The notes under the pieces are model-generated. The model worked only from the letters and a program-made list of their open reading frames with translations. It was not told where the DNA came from and did no database searches. The translations under genes were made by a program, and so were the position numbers. Positions 31,456 to 39,012 of a stretch of DNA of 64,000 bases are shown one piece after another (position 1 is the stretch's first letter; each line of letters opens with the position of its first letter). Source of the stretch: a virus; IMG/VR virus record IMGVR_UViG_3300042898_000786, positions 11,829 to 75,828 of that record; one strand, written 5' to 3'.

Positions 31456-31749
31456 TTATTTATTGATTGGGCGATAGCCTATGTTATAAAGGGTATCGGT
31501 ATCTGCGGCTAGGAGTGCCTCGACTCCGCGTTTGATTGCGTTGTAAGCGACTTCAATGTCATTGTCGGTCTTCATATTCTTATATAGTACATCAAGTTGT
31601 GACTCGAGGTCTTTTATGAGATTGTTGACTGCTCGTTTGATATTGTGACGATACAGCGGTGTGGCCTGCAATTCATCAAGCAGTTCGAGTTGAACTTGCA
31701 TAATGATTAGCAGCTTCACGAGTTTTAGTTCTATGCTTAATTCGCTCAT
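31456..31749 (-). CDS. Hypothetical protein
   Basis: 97-aa helical ORF with A-rich leader. Confidence 0.6.
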   Translation of the reverse strand: MSELSIELKLVKLLIIMQVQLELLDELQATPLYRHNIKRAVNNLIKDLESQLDVLYKNMKTDNDIEVAYNAIKRGVEALLAADTDTLYNIGYRPINK

Positions 31750-31792
31750 TTCTATTTTCTTTTTTGTACATTTAACATTAAATTAACATTCT

Positions 31793-31936
31793 ATGAAGAA
31801 ACTTTTATTGGTTTTAGCAGCATTAATTGCTACATCTTGCGCCTCAGTAACTCCAAACAGCTTTAGTACTTTGACGAGCTGTGGCGTGGGTGGGTGTACA
31901 AATCTGACAATACATCATCACGTTTTTTTTGAGTAG
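31793..31936 (+). CDS. Small lipoprotein (47 aa), antisense to the surrounding operon
   Basis: MKKLLLVLAALIATS-CASVTPNSFSTLTSCGVGGCTNLTIHHHVFFE; clear signal peptide II; not in the supplied ORF track. Confidence 0.6.
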   Translation: MKKLLLVLAALIATSCASVTPNSFSTLTSCGVGGCTNLTIHHHVFFE

Positions 31937-32051
31937 ACTTTTTGTCTTTCCCTAATAAGCGAGGCATATTTATTACAATCCATCGGCAGAAGTCTTTGGA
32001 ATCTAGCTCGTTTAGTTTGTCTTCGACTTCTTCAATTGCTGTCTTATTCAT
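31863..32051 (-). CDS. Hypothetical protein
   Basis: MNKTAIEE... start resembles other small early genes (MKKTAVE, MKKTPMQ). Confidence 0.45.
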   Translation of the reverse strand: MNKTAIEEVEDKLNELDSKDFCRWIVINMPRLLGKDKKSTQKKRDDVLSDLYTHPRHSSSKY

Positions 32052-32309
32052 TTTATTTGTCAACTTATTGGTTTATATTTTGGTTAGCGGTGTCAACCTA
32101 TTGGTTTAATAACTAGATGATTTTTATACTGTAGGTATAAGTTTGGGCGGCTATAATCATCATTAACAACGATAGAGCTTTATAATGCAAGATAAAGGGT
32201 TCATCTATATTCTGCCAAATCGGGGTTATCAAGGGTACATTTGGCAAATTATAGACAACAGCTCGGATGATTTCCGAATTAGTTCGTGACAAAAAACATA
32301 GCAGATTTG

Positions 32310-32609
32310 TTACGAAGGTTCGTTCCAATCACTATACTTAAGCCCCCACTGTAGGTTAATCCACTGCATTTCTTTCTCGGCTAAGGTTTTGTTTAGCTTG
32401 AGATTCTTACGCAGGTAGTCCGTGCCCCAGGCCTTCCACTGGTCACCCTGATTCACAGTCATAGTCCACTCGGTCCACCAGTTGTCGGTTCTACCCTTGA
32501 TGTCTTCGTAGGTAACATTATGTCCGGCAATAACAAACATCTGATTAAGTAAATCAATCACCGCTTGCTCACGCTTTTGGTCTCGGGTTAGTCTTTTTTT
32601 AGTTTCCAT
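32310..32609 (-). CDS. Hypothetical protein
   Basis: 99-aa Trp-rich ORF in the operon. Confidence 0.65.
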   Translation of the reverse strand: METKKRLTRDQKREQAVIDLLNQMFVIAGHNVTYEDIKGRTDNWWTEWTMTVNQGDQWKAWGTDYLRKNLKLNKTLAEKEMQWINLQWGLKYSDWNEPS

Positions 32610-32941
32610 AGTTCGTATGTGCTGTTTAACGTGTTGAATTTAATATAATCCTCTCGCTCCTCCAAAATTTCTGTAACAGGGCTAGTTTGCCAAGTAAAAA
32701 ACTGGTTAAATGGAGACATAATTAGTGAATAACCAATTGCTGGTTTATCGTGACGGGCTTTAAACTTATTTTCTCCATTCCATTCAACCCACATCACTTC
32801 CTTAGATTGGTTGGTTAGTCCGTCTCGTTCACGAACTAATTTCCAATTGAATTCGTTTTCAATTACATTTTGTTCAAGAGCAACTTTCAAGACATTATCT
32901 TCTAATGTCATTGGAATTTTAGTTTGTTTTAACTTGCTCAT
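32588..32941 (-). CDS. Hypothetical protein (cassette gene)
   Basis: ATG supplied by junction repeat 1; WQTSPVTEILE...FNT.NSTY.L motif. Confidence 0.7.
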   Translation of the reverse strand: MSKLKQTKIPMTLEDNVLKVALEQNVIENEFNWKLVRERDGLTNQSKEVMWVEWNGENKFKARHDKPAIGYSLIMSPFNQFFTWQTSPVTEILEEREDYIKFNTLNSTYELWKLKKD

Positions 32942-32953
32942 TTCTCGTTGGTG

Positions 32954-33106
32954 TTAAGGGTTAAGCAATAGCCAAACGCCAAACCACAGGTGCAATATAA
33001 TTGACCCAATAGCGCCAAACATTTTTGGTAACTCTTTTTGTTTTGACGCTGTTACGCCTGCGCCTACTGCTCCGAGAAGGAGGTAGATTGCGATAATTGT
33101 TTTCAT
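32954..33106 (-). CDS. Small two-TM membrane protein (50 aa, cassette gene)
   Basis: MKTIIAIYLLLGAVGAGVTASKQKELPKMFGAIGSIILHLWFGVWLLLNP; start and stop both lie inside junction repeats. Confidence 0.65.
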   Translation of the reverse strand: MKTIIAIYLLLGAVGAGVTASKQKELPKMFGAIGSIILHLWFGVWLLLNP

Positions 33107-33354
33107 TTCTCTTTGGTTTTAAATCGTAAACTGTAGTATTCTTCTGCGATGCCGCTATTAGGGTCGAGGTGCTGCATTTCCATACCTGTGTGGAATGACT
33201 CTATGATTTCAGCCATCTCTTTCTCAAGCATTGATTCTGCCTCATCAATTACATTAGACAATGCTTTTTGATAACCAGTCTGCCACTCATTTGATGCGGT
33301 CATTTGTTCTGCCTTAAGACTTTGAATAAGTTCTTGCATTGGTGTCTTCTTCAT
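33103..33354 (-). CDS. Hypothetical protein (cassette gene, ends KTKEK)
   Basis: MKKTPMQELI...; stop inside repeat 2. Confidence 0.65.
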   Translation of the reverse strand: MKKTPMQELIQSLKAEQMTASNEWQTGYQKALSNVIDEAESMLEKEMAEIIESFHTGMEMQHLDPNSGIAEEYYSLRFKTKEK

Positions 33355-33388
33355 AAGCAAATTTATTTGCGGTGAGGAGCCTTGCGAC

Positions 33389-33529
33389 TCATTTCTCGTT
33401 GGTTTTAAGCATTTCGTTTAGTTCAAGCATCAACTCAAATGTGTCAATGAGTTCATCAGTTGGTTCATCCTCCCGATGTATTAAACTTTGAGGCATTCCT
33501 ATTTCTATAATTTCAAGTATCCTTTTCAT
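33389..33529 (-). CDS. Hypothetical protein (46 aa, cassette gene, ends KTNEK)
   Basis: Translated by hand; runs repeat to repeat. Confidence 0.6.
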   Translation of the reverse strand: MKRILEIIEIGMPQSLIHREDEPTDELIDTFELMLELNEMLKTNEK

Positions 33530-33541
33530 TTATCGTTGGTG

Positions 33542-33760
33542 TTAAAGGTTTTCAATTTCAAAATATTCATAATATTCCTTAACCTCTTTTTTGGTTAATG
33601 CCTTTACCCAATCTTTACTTGCGTACAACGGCATTGATTTTCTCCCGTGAGGTTCTACTACAATTTCATCTATGTCGCATTGTGATTGCAATTCTACATC
33701 AGATATTGATGCAAGAACCCATACCAATGTTTGATTTTTAATTTCGTCAGTTATTTTCAT
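33542..33760 (-). CDS. Hypothetical protein (cassette gene)
   Basis: Starts in repeat 5 and stops at the TAA of repeat 4. Confidence 0.65.
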   Translation of the reverse strand: MKITDEIKNQTLVWVLASISDVELQSQCDIDEIVVEPHGRKSMPLYASKDWVKALTKKEVKEYYEYFEIENL

Positions 33761-33948
33761 TTCTCGTTGGTTTTGTATTCTTTATCAAAAGAATCTGCAA
33801 TCTCACGGGTGGTCAAATCTCCGTACTTGAAAGCGAAGTCAATCATCTGCTCCTTCTCAATTCTTTTTGCTTCTCTAATATCAAGTGGTGTGATTGTACC
33901 TTGCATCTCCCACATATTAACAAGCCACTCTACTGCTGTTTTTTTCAT
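33757..33948 (-). CDS. Hypothetical protein (cassette gene, MKKTAVEWL...EKEQMIDFA, ends KTNEK)
   Basis: Small-protein pattern typical of Bacteroidota phages; stop inside repeat 5. Confidence 0.7.
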   Translation of the reverse strand: MKKTAVEWLVNMWEMQGTITPLDIREAKRIEKEQMIDFAFKYGDLTTREIADSFDKEYKTNEK

Positions 33949-34006
33949 CTCTCTAAAATTTAATTGGTTTTGTTTGCCCTCATTTAACCGCATCAGGCTT
34001 CTCGGT

Positions 34007-34168
34007 TTATTTCTCTTTGGTGTTAGTCTTCCACTGGTATTCGCACTTGCCGTCCTTAATAGGTGAGTTCATAAAGTAGGATTGATACATATCTTCGGAG
34101 GCAGTGAATCGGTAGCAGGTCATCTTGAGGTCGCAATTTGCGCCACTACATTTAGTTATGTCGGTCAT
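34007..34168 (-). CDS. Small Cys-rich protein (53 aa, cassette gene, ends NTKEK)
   Basis: MTDITKCSGANCDLKMTCYRFTASEDMYQSYFMNSPIKDGKCEYQWKTNTKEK. Confidence 0.7.
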   Translation of the reverse strand: MTDITKCSGANCDLKMTCYRFTASEDMYQSYFMNSPIKDGKCEYQWKTNTKEK

Positions 34169-34259
34169 TTTTATTTAATTTAAAAGAAAAAGACTCCGTT
34201 AATCAGGGCGGTAGCTTGCCGCTTACTGAATCCTAATGCGCCATAAGCGGGCGGAGTTC

Positions 34260-34388
34260 TCATTTCTCTTTGGTGTTAAATTCATTTTCAGTATAGAAGT
34301 CCGTGCCTTCGTTGTCTTCTGGTTCGATGCCATTCTTAATCATATCAACGATTAACAACAGCTCGGTCATTGTCAGTTCTATTTTCAT
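34260..34388 (-). CDS. Hypothetical protein (42 aa, cassette gene, ends NTKEK)
   Basis: Translated by hand; ATGA-coupled to the upstream gene; stop inside repeat 7. Confidence 0.6.
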   Translation of the reverse strand: MKIELTMTELLLIVDMIKNGIEPEDNEGTDFYTENEFNTKEK

Positions 34389-34651
34389 TCTTCTTCGTCG
34401 TTATATTCTGGGTAGTGTTCACCGGTGTTGCCATTCTGCATAATCACAATCATACGTTCGTCAAGTCTCTCCTGCTCTAGCAGGTCTTCTTGCTTTACCC
34501 TAGCGATGCAGCAGGGCTTACGGAGTTCATTATAAGCAATCTCGGTTTTCCAAGGTGGGCAGTTGCATTGGTTGTCGACGCTATCTTGGCTATCACCTGG
34601 GTCATCCCAGAAAACAAACTTCATATCTGAGCCGGGGCCTTTATTAGTCAT
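34385..34651 (-). CDS. Hypothetical protein
   Basis: ORF with ERM.VIMQNGNTGEHY motif; start uncertain. Confidence 0.55.
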   Translation of the reverse strand: MTNKGPGSDMKFVFWDDPGDSQDSVDNQCNCPPWKTEIAYNELRKPCCIARVKQEDLLEQERLDERMIVIMQNGNTGEHYPEYNDEEE

Positions 34652-34973
34652 AATCGATTCTATTTTTATAAATGATGTCTTCAACAATAGTCTTAGCGTC
34701 TATGGTTCCGAGCCTTATTGCATCGGCGTGGTCTTTTGCACGTATAACGACAAAATTATCGTTAGCCTTGCCTAGAACCAACAACGACAAAAAGTTTGGC
34801 ATTATCGAATTCATAAACGGGTCAAAGTTAAGCATACTGCCATCGCTTGTAGCAACCGCAATACCCATAACATATTCTTTATCGCCTTTCTTAAAAACAA
34901 AAATGGGGGACTTATCCGATAACGGAATCATCCCCCACTCAAGGCATAGCAGTCTCGAAATCGAGAGTTGCAT
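34644..34973 (-). CDS. Hypothetical protein
   Basis: 109-aa ORF coupled to the upstream gene. Confidence 0.55.
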   Translation of the reverse strand: MQLSISRLLCLEWGMIPLSDKSPIFVFKKGDKEYVMGIAVATSDGSMLNFDPFMNSIMPNFLSLLVLGKANDNFVVIRAKDHADAIRLGTIDAKTIVEDIIYKNRIDYD

Positions 34974-35224
34974 TAGAACGGCATATCGTCGTTGCTGCTT
35001 TGCTTAATGCTTACAGCACCTTTAGATGATGGGTCCCAAACACTCATAATTGTGTATGGCTTTTTGCTCTCTTTCGCTACGCCGGAACGTACCGTTAGAA
35101 ATGCACGACCCTTCTCGGTCATATTCCTTTGAAGGGTTTCGATATCTTGCTTTGAGAGCGAGAATCGCAGGTTAAGAGTGGGCGACTCAACGTAGCCGAC
35201 CATCTCGTCTTTCTTATCTTGCAT
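34973..35224 (-). CDS. Putative small single-stranded DNA-binding protein
   Basis: C-terminal acidic DDMPF tail like SSB; near the annealing protein gene. Confidence 0.55.
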   Translation of the reverse strand: MQDKKDEMVGYVESPTLNLRFSLSKQDIETLQRNMTEKGRAFLTVRSGVAKESKKPYTIMSVWDPSSKGAVSIKQSSNDDMPF

Positions 35225-35241
35225 AAGACTTGGGGTTTTGG

Positions 35242-35535
35242 TTAATTAAAAAGAAAATTTTTGTACGATACGTAAGTATCTCGGTACACATTGTCAGACT
35301 CGATGAGTTGGTCGTGGCGGTCAAGGTAATAAATGATTAGCGGATGCTTTAGACCAGTAATCTCAGAAATTGTAGCGTTGGTAATACCTTGGTTACGAAT
35401 TAAGAAGTTAACGAGCATAATGCGAGCCGTTACGACGCGCCTACGGGCGGACTTAGACATCGAGTCGACACCAAAGTATTTATTGCTTCCAGAGATGAAG
35501 CCTTCAATTTGTTCTGGAATCGACTGAACTATCAT
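35242..35535 (-). CDS. DnaA domain IV-like HTH protein (second paralog)
   Basis: SARRRVVTAR.ML...T...I....G.KH..IIY pattern. Confidence 0.55.
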   Translation of the reverse strand: MIVQSIPEQIEGFISGSNKYFGVDSMSKSARRRVVTARIMLVNFLIRNQGITNATISEITGLKHPLIIYYLDRHDQLIESDNVYRDTYVSYKNFLFN

Positions 35536-36071
35536 TTTACGAACTTCTCTAGAGCCAAGACTTGCTTCTCAGAGAATTTATCTCCGTACTTAGTGACGAC
35601 TTGACTATAGGCTTCGCGCTTATTACTAGCAGCCTTGATGTAGTTGACAGACTTTTCGAACAGAGTCTCCTCCTTCTCGGGCTCAGATGCCTCTGTAACT
35701 TGCTGCGGGGCTTCTTGCTTAGCAATCGCTGTCTCTACCTCGTCGGCAGTAGCGATTGAAGTGTCGATGCCTATACCTAGCATACCTAGGGCCCGCCCAA
35801 CGGCAGAGGTTTCGCAGTTCTCGATATACGATGTTCTGTTGATGTTTGAAGATGACTTCTCCTCGTGAGCAAAGCCCGTACTGACTATCCTGCCAGCCTC
35901 ATCACGTACCACGGCACGGATAATTACTGACTCGCTATCAACGGCGTATATCTCGGTCTCAAGACTCATACTCTTGAACTCGGGAAGAGCACGAAACGCT
36001 TTGACACGCTCGTTAACCTCAACGTATTGCTTGCCCTTGATGTTGGTTGTTTTGAATTTATGTTGTGACAT
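35532..36071 (-). CDS. Single-strand annealing recombinase (Sak/Rad52-like)
   Basis: IKGK.YV.VNERV..FR, TG.A.E, S.IENCETSAVGRAL motifs. Confidence 0.7.
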   Translation of the reverse strand: MSQHKFKTTNIKGKQYVEVNERVKAFRALPEFKSMSLETEIYAVDSESVIIRAVVRDEAGRIVSTGFAHEEKSSSNINRTSYIENCETSAVGRALGMLGIGIDTSIATADEVETAIAKQEAPQQVTEASEPEKEETLFEKSVNYIKAASNKREAYSQVVTKYGDKFSEKQVLALEKFVK

Positions 36072-36089
36072 ATTGATTTAATTTGAATA

Positions 36090-36097
36090 CAAATATA
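36090..36097 (-). promoter_or_regulatory. Bacteroidota -7 element (TATATTTG)
   Basis: Upstream of the 36071 start. Confidence 0.6.
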
Positions 36098-36112
36098 AGA
36101 AAGGTTGAAGCA

Positions 36113-36250
36113 TTACACAATAGCGGAACGCTTTTTTTGTCGCTCTAGAAAGTCGACCCACATACGTGCAGCAACTGCGCGACGTTGTAGTAGGAATGGA
36201 TATTTGGTTTTTAGTCTCGCCATAGCGATACGCATAAATTGGTCTCTCAT
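36113..36250 (-). CDS. Small basic protein (45 aa)
   Basis: MRDQFMRIAMARLKTKYPFLLQRRAVAARMWVDFLERQKKRSAIV, translated by hand. Confidence 0.6.
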   Translation of the reverse strand: MRDQFMRIAMARLKTKYPFLLQRRAVAARMWVDFLERQKKRSAIV

Positions 36251-36260
36251 TGATTTTTAA

Positions 36261-36422
36261 TTATAGTAGTTGATACCTGTCCATAAGACCCATAGAGGCT
36301 GTCCCTAGTAGCATCAGCAGAAAAGAATTGATTAAGTTGCCGTCTAGCATAGAAGCCACACTAAGCAGAAAAAAGATTGTTATGAGTGTGAATCCAATCT
36401 TCTTGAATGTGGCCTTACTCAT
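36261..36422 (-). CDS. Small two-TM membrane protein (53 aa)
   Basis: Hydrophobic ORF ATGA-coupled to the upstream gene. Confidence 0.55.
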   Translation of the reverse strand: MSKATFKKIGFTLITIFFLLSVASMLDGNLINSFLLMLLGTASMGLMDRYQLL

Positions 36423-36745
36423 AATTTTATATTGAATGATAGTTCTATGTTTCCATCTTGATACCTACCGACGAGTTTGAAGTCATCGGTTTCTGGCAAC
36501 TGCTTGTCAAAGCCGTCGTAAGTTATAGCGTAGTTCTCCTTGTAGAAGTACTCCACCTCAGCATCGACAATGCCGTCTTCGTCAATAGATATAAACACGA
36601 TGTACGTGATGTCTCCGTCTTCGTGTAGCATCGAATGCCAATTACCTTTTGGGGATATTGACACCTTGTGTTTCTTGCCGTTGTGTTCAAAGCATACTAA
36701 GAACTCAGCGGCCAAGAATGTTTCTTCGGGGATAATCATAGTCAT
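36419..36745 (-). CDS. Hypothetical protein
   Basis: Acidic ORF; likely start MTMIIP after the terminator. Confidence 0.55.
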   Translation of the reverse strand: MTMIIPEETFLAAEFLVCFEHNGKKHKVSISPKGNWHSMLHEDGDITYIVFISIDEDGIVDAEVEYFYKENYAITYDGFDKQLPETDDFKLVGRYQDGNIELSFNIKL

Positions 36746-36766
36746 AGGGTTTCTTGTAAAAATAAG

Positions 36767-36790
36767 AAAAAGAGCGGGGTTTCCCCCGCC
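36767..36790 (-). terminator. Rho-independent terminator
   Basis: Minus strand GCGGGG GAAA CCCCGC TCTTTTT. Confidence 0.7.
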
Positions 36791-36793
36791 CAT

Positions 36794-37696
36794 TTATGCC
36801 ATATCAGCAAGCAGTTCGTAGACGCGTTGGTCGGTCTTCTGAAGCGAGCCTGCCATCTTAGAGGAGTCTCGGCTATCATTACGGCCGGCCTTGTGGCTAG
36901 TGTAGTGAGTCACACCCGAGAACAAGCCCCATAAGTTGTCACCTTTGTACGACATCTCACGAGTGATAGACGTTACTAGGTCACGTGCTTGGTTGAGTCG
37001 GCGAGTAGAGTACTCGTCATTAGCGACGCTCCTAGTCTTCAAGATATCGACACCGACAACAGCATCTACAACTTTCTGAATCTGACGCTCGTTGGTACGC
37101 ACGTCTACCATCTTGCGGAACATATCGTATAGGGTAGCATCAGCCTCCCTAATGCCCTTGATGGCACGTAGTGAGTCCTCAACGGCCTTTCGCATATTCG
37201 CGGTATGTCGTACGCTATCCTTTAGGCTACGTGATGCAGCGTTAAAAGTGTTAGAGCACGAGATGGTAACGCTAGAGGCGCCCCATCTTAGCGCAGTCGT
37301 TCCGTCGTGGCTGTTGATTGCCGTGGCGTAACGCTTTACAAGGTCACCACCTACTCTTTCATCCTCCATAGGGACTTGTAGGTATACCTTGCCACCTCCG
37401 TTGAATAAGCCTCCGCGTACTACGTCTACACCGAGTACTTGCCCTACCTCTTGGACGAGGTCGCTGAGTTCGTTGTTCTGAAATACTTCGTACTGCTGAG
37501 TGGCGGTGGTGAATACTTTCTCCGTGTCTTTGCGAACGATGCCGAAGAAACCCGACTCAGTACCCGACGGCAGGAGAAGAGGTTGCTTTTCTACATCCCA
37601 ATTGAGGCCGAAGCGGTCAAGGATGTCAGCGGTGTTTTTAGCAGATACGAATGAGTTGTGTGTGTCAACGAGTTGACCGAATTGATTGATTTCCAT
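36794..37696 (-). CDS. DUF932-family protein
   Basis: GL.W.V.K.PL, Y.V.QN, NSHDG, C.NT, RHT, LWG.F.GVT.Y..H motifs. Confidence 0.85.
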   Translation of the reverse strand: MEINQFGQLVDTHNSFVSAKNTADILDRFGLNWDVEKQPLLLPSGTESGFFGIVRKDTEKVFTTATQQYEVFQNNELSDLVQEVGQVLGVDVVRGGLFNGGGKVYLQVPMEDERVGGDLVKRYATAINSHDGTTALRWGASSVTISCSNTFNAASRSLKDSVRHTANMRKAVEDSLRAIKGIREADATLYDMFRKMVDVRTNERQIQKVVDAVVGVDILKTRSVANDEYSTRRLNQARDLVTSITREMSYKGDNLWGLFSGVTHYTSHKAGRNDSRDSSKMAGSLQKTDQRVYELLADMA

Positions 37697-37718
37697 TTTA
37701 TTTGAGTTTTTAAATTAA

Positions 37719-38246
37719 TTATTTTGATAGTCTTTCTTTAGCATTATTAAACATCTCCTCCATATTACGGAGAGACGCGGTGTCGGGAGTATTCTCCCAA
37801 TCGCGAAGCATTATCTGCTTCACGTCTTCGAATGTGCAGTCTTTCTTCATCGTCATAACGAGTGTCTCTAGTTGTACTTGAAACTCGTCTAGGTTATTGA
37901 AGAAGAAGTACTCATAGAACTGAAGGCAAAAGTCGAAGTCTTTTCCGTTCTCGTAGTACGTATGCCCAGCAAAACACACACCTATCTCGTCATACTCAAG
38001 GCGTATGGAGACGGAGTGCTTACTTGATATCTCTTTGAGCATATCGTGTGGTGGTACCCAAGCACTAGGCCCGCTTACCATAAGGATGATGTCATCCCTC
38101 TCGATAGAATCTATCTTCCATCTAGGAGGCTCCGTCTCAAGACCCGTATCTCTACGTTCCTTGTGCGCTTTGAATATCTCAGAGACGGCATCTAGTTCTG
38201 AATCTTGGCCGTGTATGACTAAGAAGTTATTACATAGGTTTGGCAT
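37719..38246 (-). CDS. DUF1281/YubB ferredoxin-like protein
   Basis: MPN.C.N.L.I.G start, SAW.PP, Y.E.G.CF.G motifs. Confidence 0.7.
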   Translation of the reverse strand: MPNLCNNFLVIHGQDSELDAVSEIFKAHKERRDTGLETEPPRWKIDSIERDDIILMVSGPSAWVPPHDMLKEISSKHSVSIRLEYDEIGVCFAGHTYYENGKDFDFCLQFYEYFFFNNLDEFQVQLETLVMTMKKDCTFEDVKQIMLRDWENTPDTASLRNMEEMFNNAKERLSK

Positions 38247-38352
38247 TATCGATTTGTTTTTGCAGTTCTTTGATTTTATCTTGAAGTTCTTTGTTGTAAT
38301 CCTCAAGGGCTTTGATTCGATGCATTAAATACATTGTTTGTGAGTCTACCAT
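38230..38352 (-). CDS. Small coiled-coil protein (40 aa)
   Basis: MVDSQTMYLMHRIKALEDYNKELQDKIKELQKQIDNAKPM with A-rich leader. Confidence 0.55.
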   Translation of the reverse strand: MVDSQTMYLMHRIKALEDYNKELQDKIKELQKQIDNAKPM

Positions 38353-38375
38353 TTGTTTATTTGTTTTTAAAGTAA

Positions 38376-38410
38376 AGTGAAAATAAGGAGCCGTGCCTCC
38401 TTATCTCACC
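38376..38410 (-). terminator. Stem-loop / probable terminator
   Basis: Minus strand GTGAGATAAGGAG GCACGG CTCCTTATTTTCAC followed by TTTACTTT. Confidence 0.55.
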
Positions 38411-38442
38411 AAACAAAATATCGTTACACGGACGATTGTACA

Positions 38443-39012
38443 TTAGGACAATGCTGTTTTTAGTTGCTCTCGAGTCATATCTGCCTCGTCTGCTAGCCAA
38501 TTTAGGAACGTGTCAACTTGATTGACACGCACTACGATATCAGTAGCGGTAGAGAACACGTTGCTAGTCTGAGCGAATATGAACCATACGGGTACGGGAG
38601 GAATCAGTTTGCCATCCGCGATGTTCTCGAAGAACTCGTTGAAGTCCCACTTCCACTTTACGTCATCCCACGAGCCTGTAGACCACCCATTGGCGATACA
38701 CTCGTATCCATCAGCAAGTTCTACGTTTACATACCCACGCCAAGCGCTAGTAGACTTCCACTCTGCACTCTTGATGCATTGCGGTGGGCCGTCAACTTCC
38801 TCGCAGTCTTCATAGTCTCGGGTCTTGTCTAGGCTATAAGCGTAGTCGGTTCTGACTAACTGCTCATCAAGATTGTACTCGTACACCTTAACGGATGACT
38901 CCCAATGAGAGTAGTAGCAGTCCTCGCATAGCACGTTGTCTTCCTTGTCATAGTTGGAATAGTCGTTCTCTGAAATCTCGTAGTCGCAGTTACTGCATTT
39001 ATTGGTTTCCAT
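38443..39012 (-). CDS. Hypothetical protein with N-terminal CxxC...CxxC zinc finger
   Basis: CSNC...CEDC; W.STSAWRGY motif. Confidence 0.7.
   Translation of the reverse strand: METNKCSNCDYEISENDYSNYDKEDNVLCEDCYYSHWESSVKVYEYNLDEQLVRTDYAYSLDKTRDYEDCEEVDGPPQCIKSAEWKSTSAWRGYVNVELADGYECIANGWSTGSWDDVKWKWDFNEFFENIADGKLIPPVPVWFIFAQTSNVFSTATDIVVRVNQVDTFLNWLADEADMTREQLKTALS

Larger units (their letters stand above)
32938..34279 (-). repeat. Seven copies of a 20-bp gene-junction repeat, consensus TTAAMACCAAMGAGAAATGA
   Basis: Copies at 32938-32957, 33103-33122, 33389-33408, 33526-33545, 33757-33776, 34007-34026, 34260-34279. Confidence 0.9.

Noticed and set aside
33430-33465. Hammerhead-like CUGAUGA plus hairpin
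   Set aside because: Lacks GAAA and stem III; lies within a cassette ORF.
32938-34279. CRISPR array interpretation of the 20-bp repeats
   Set aside because: Spacers are 117-266 bp, variable in length and protein-coding; repeats are short and non-palindromic; no cas genes.
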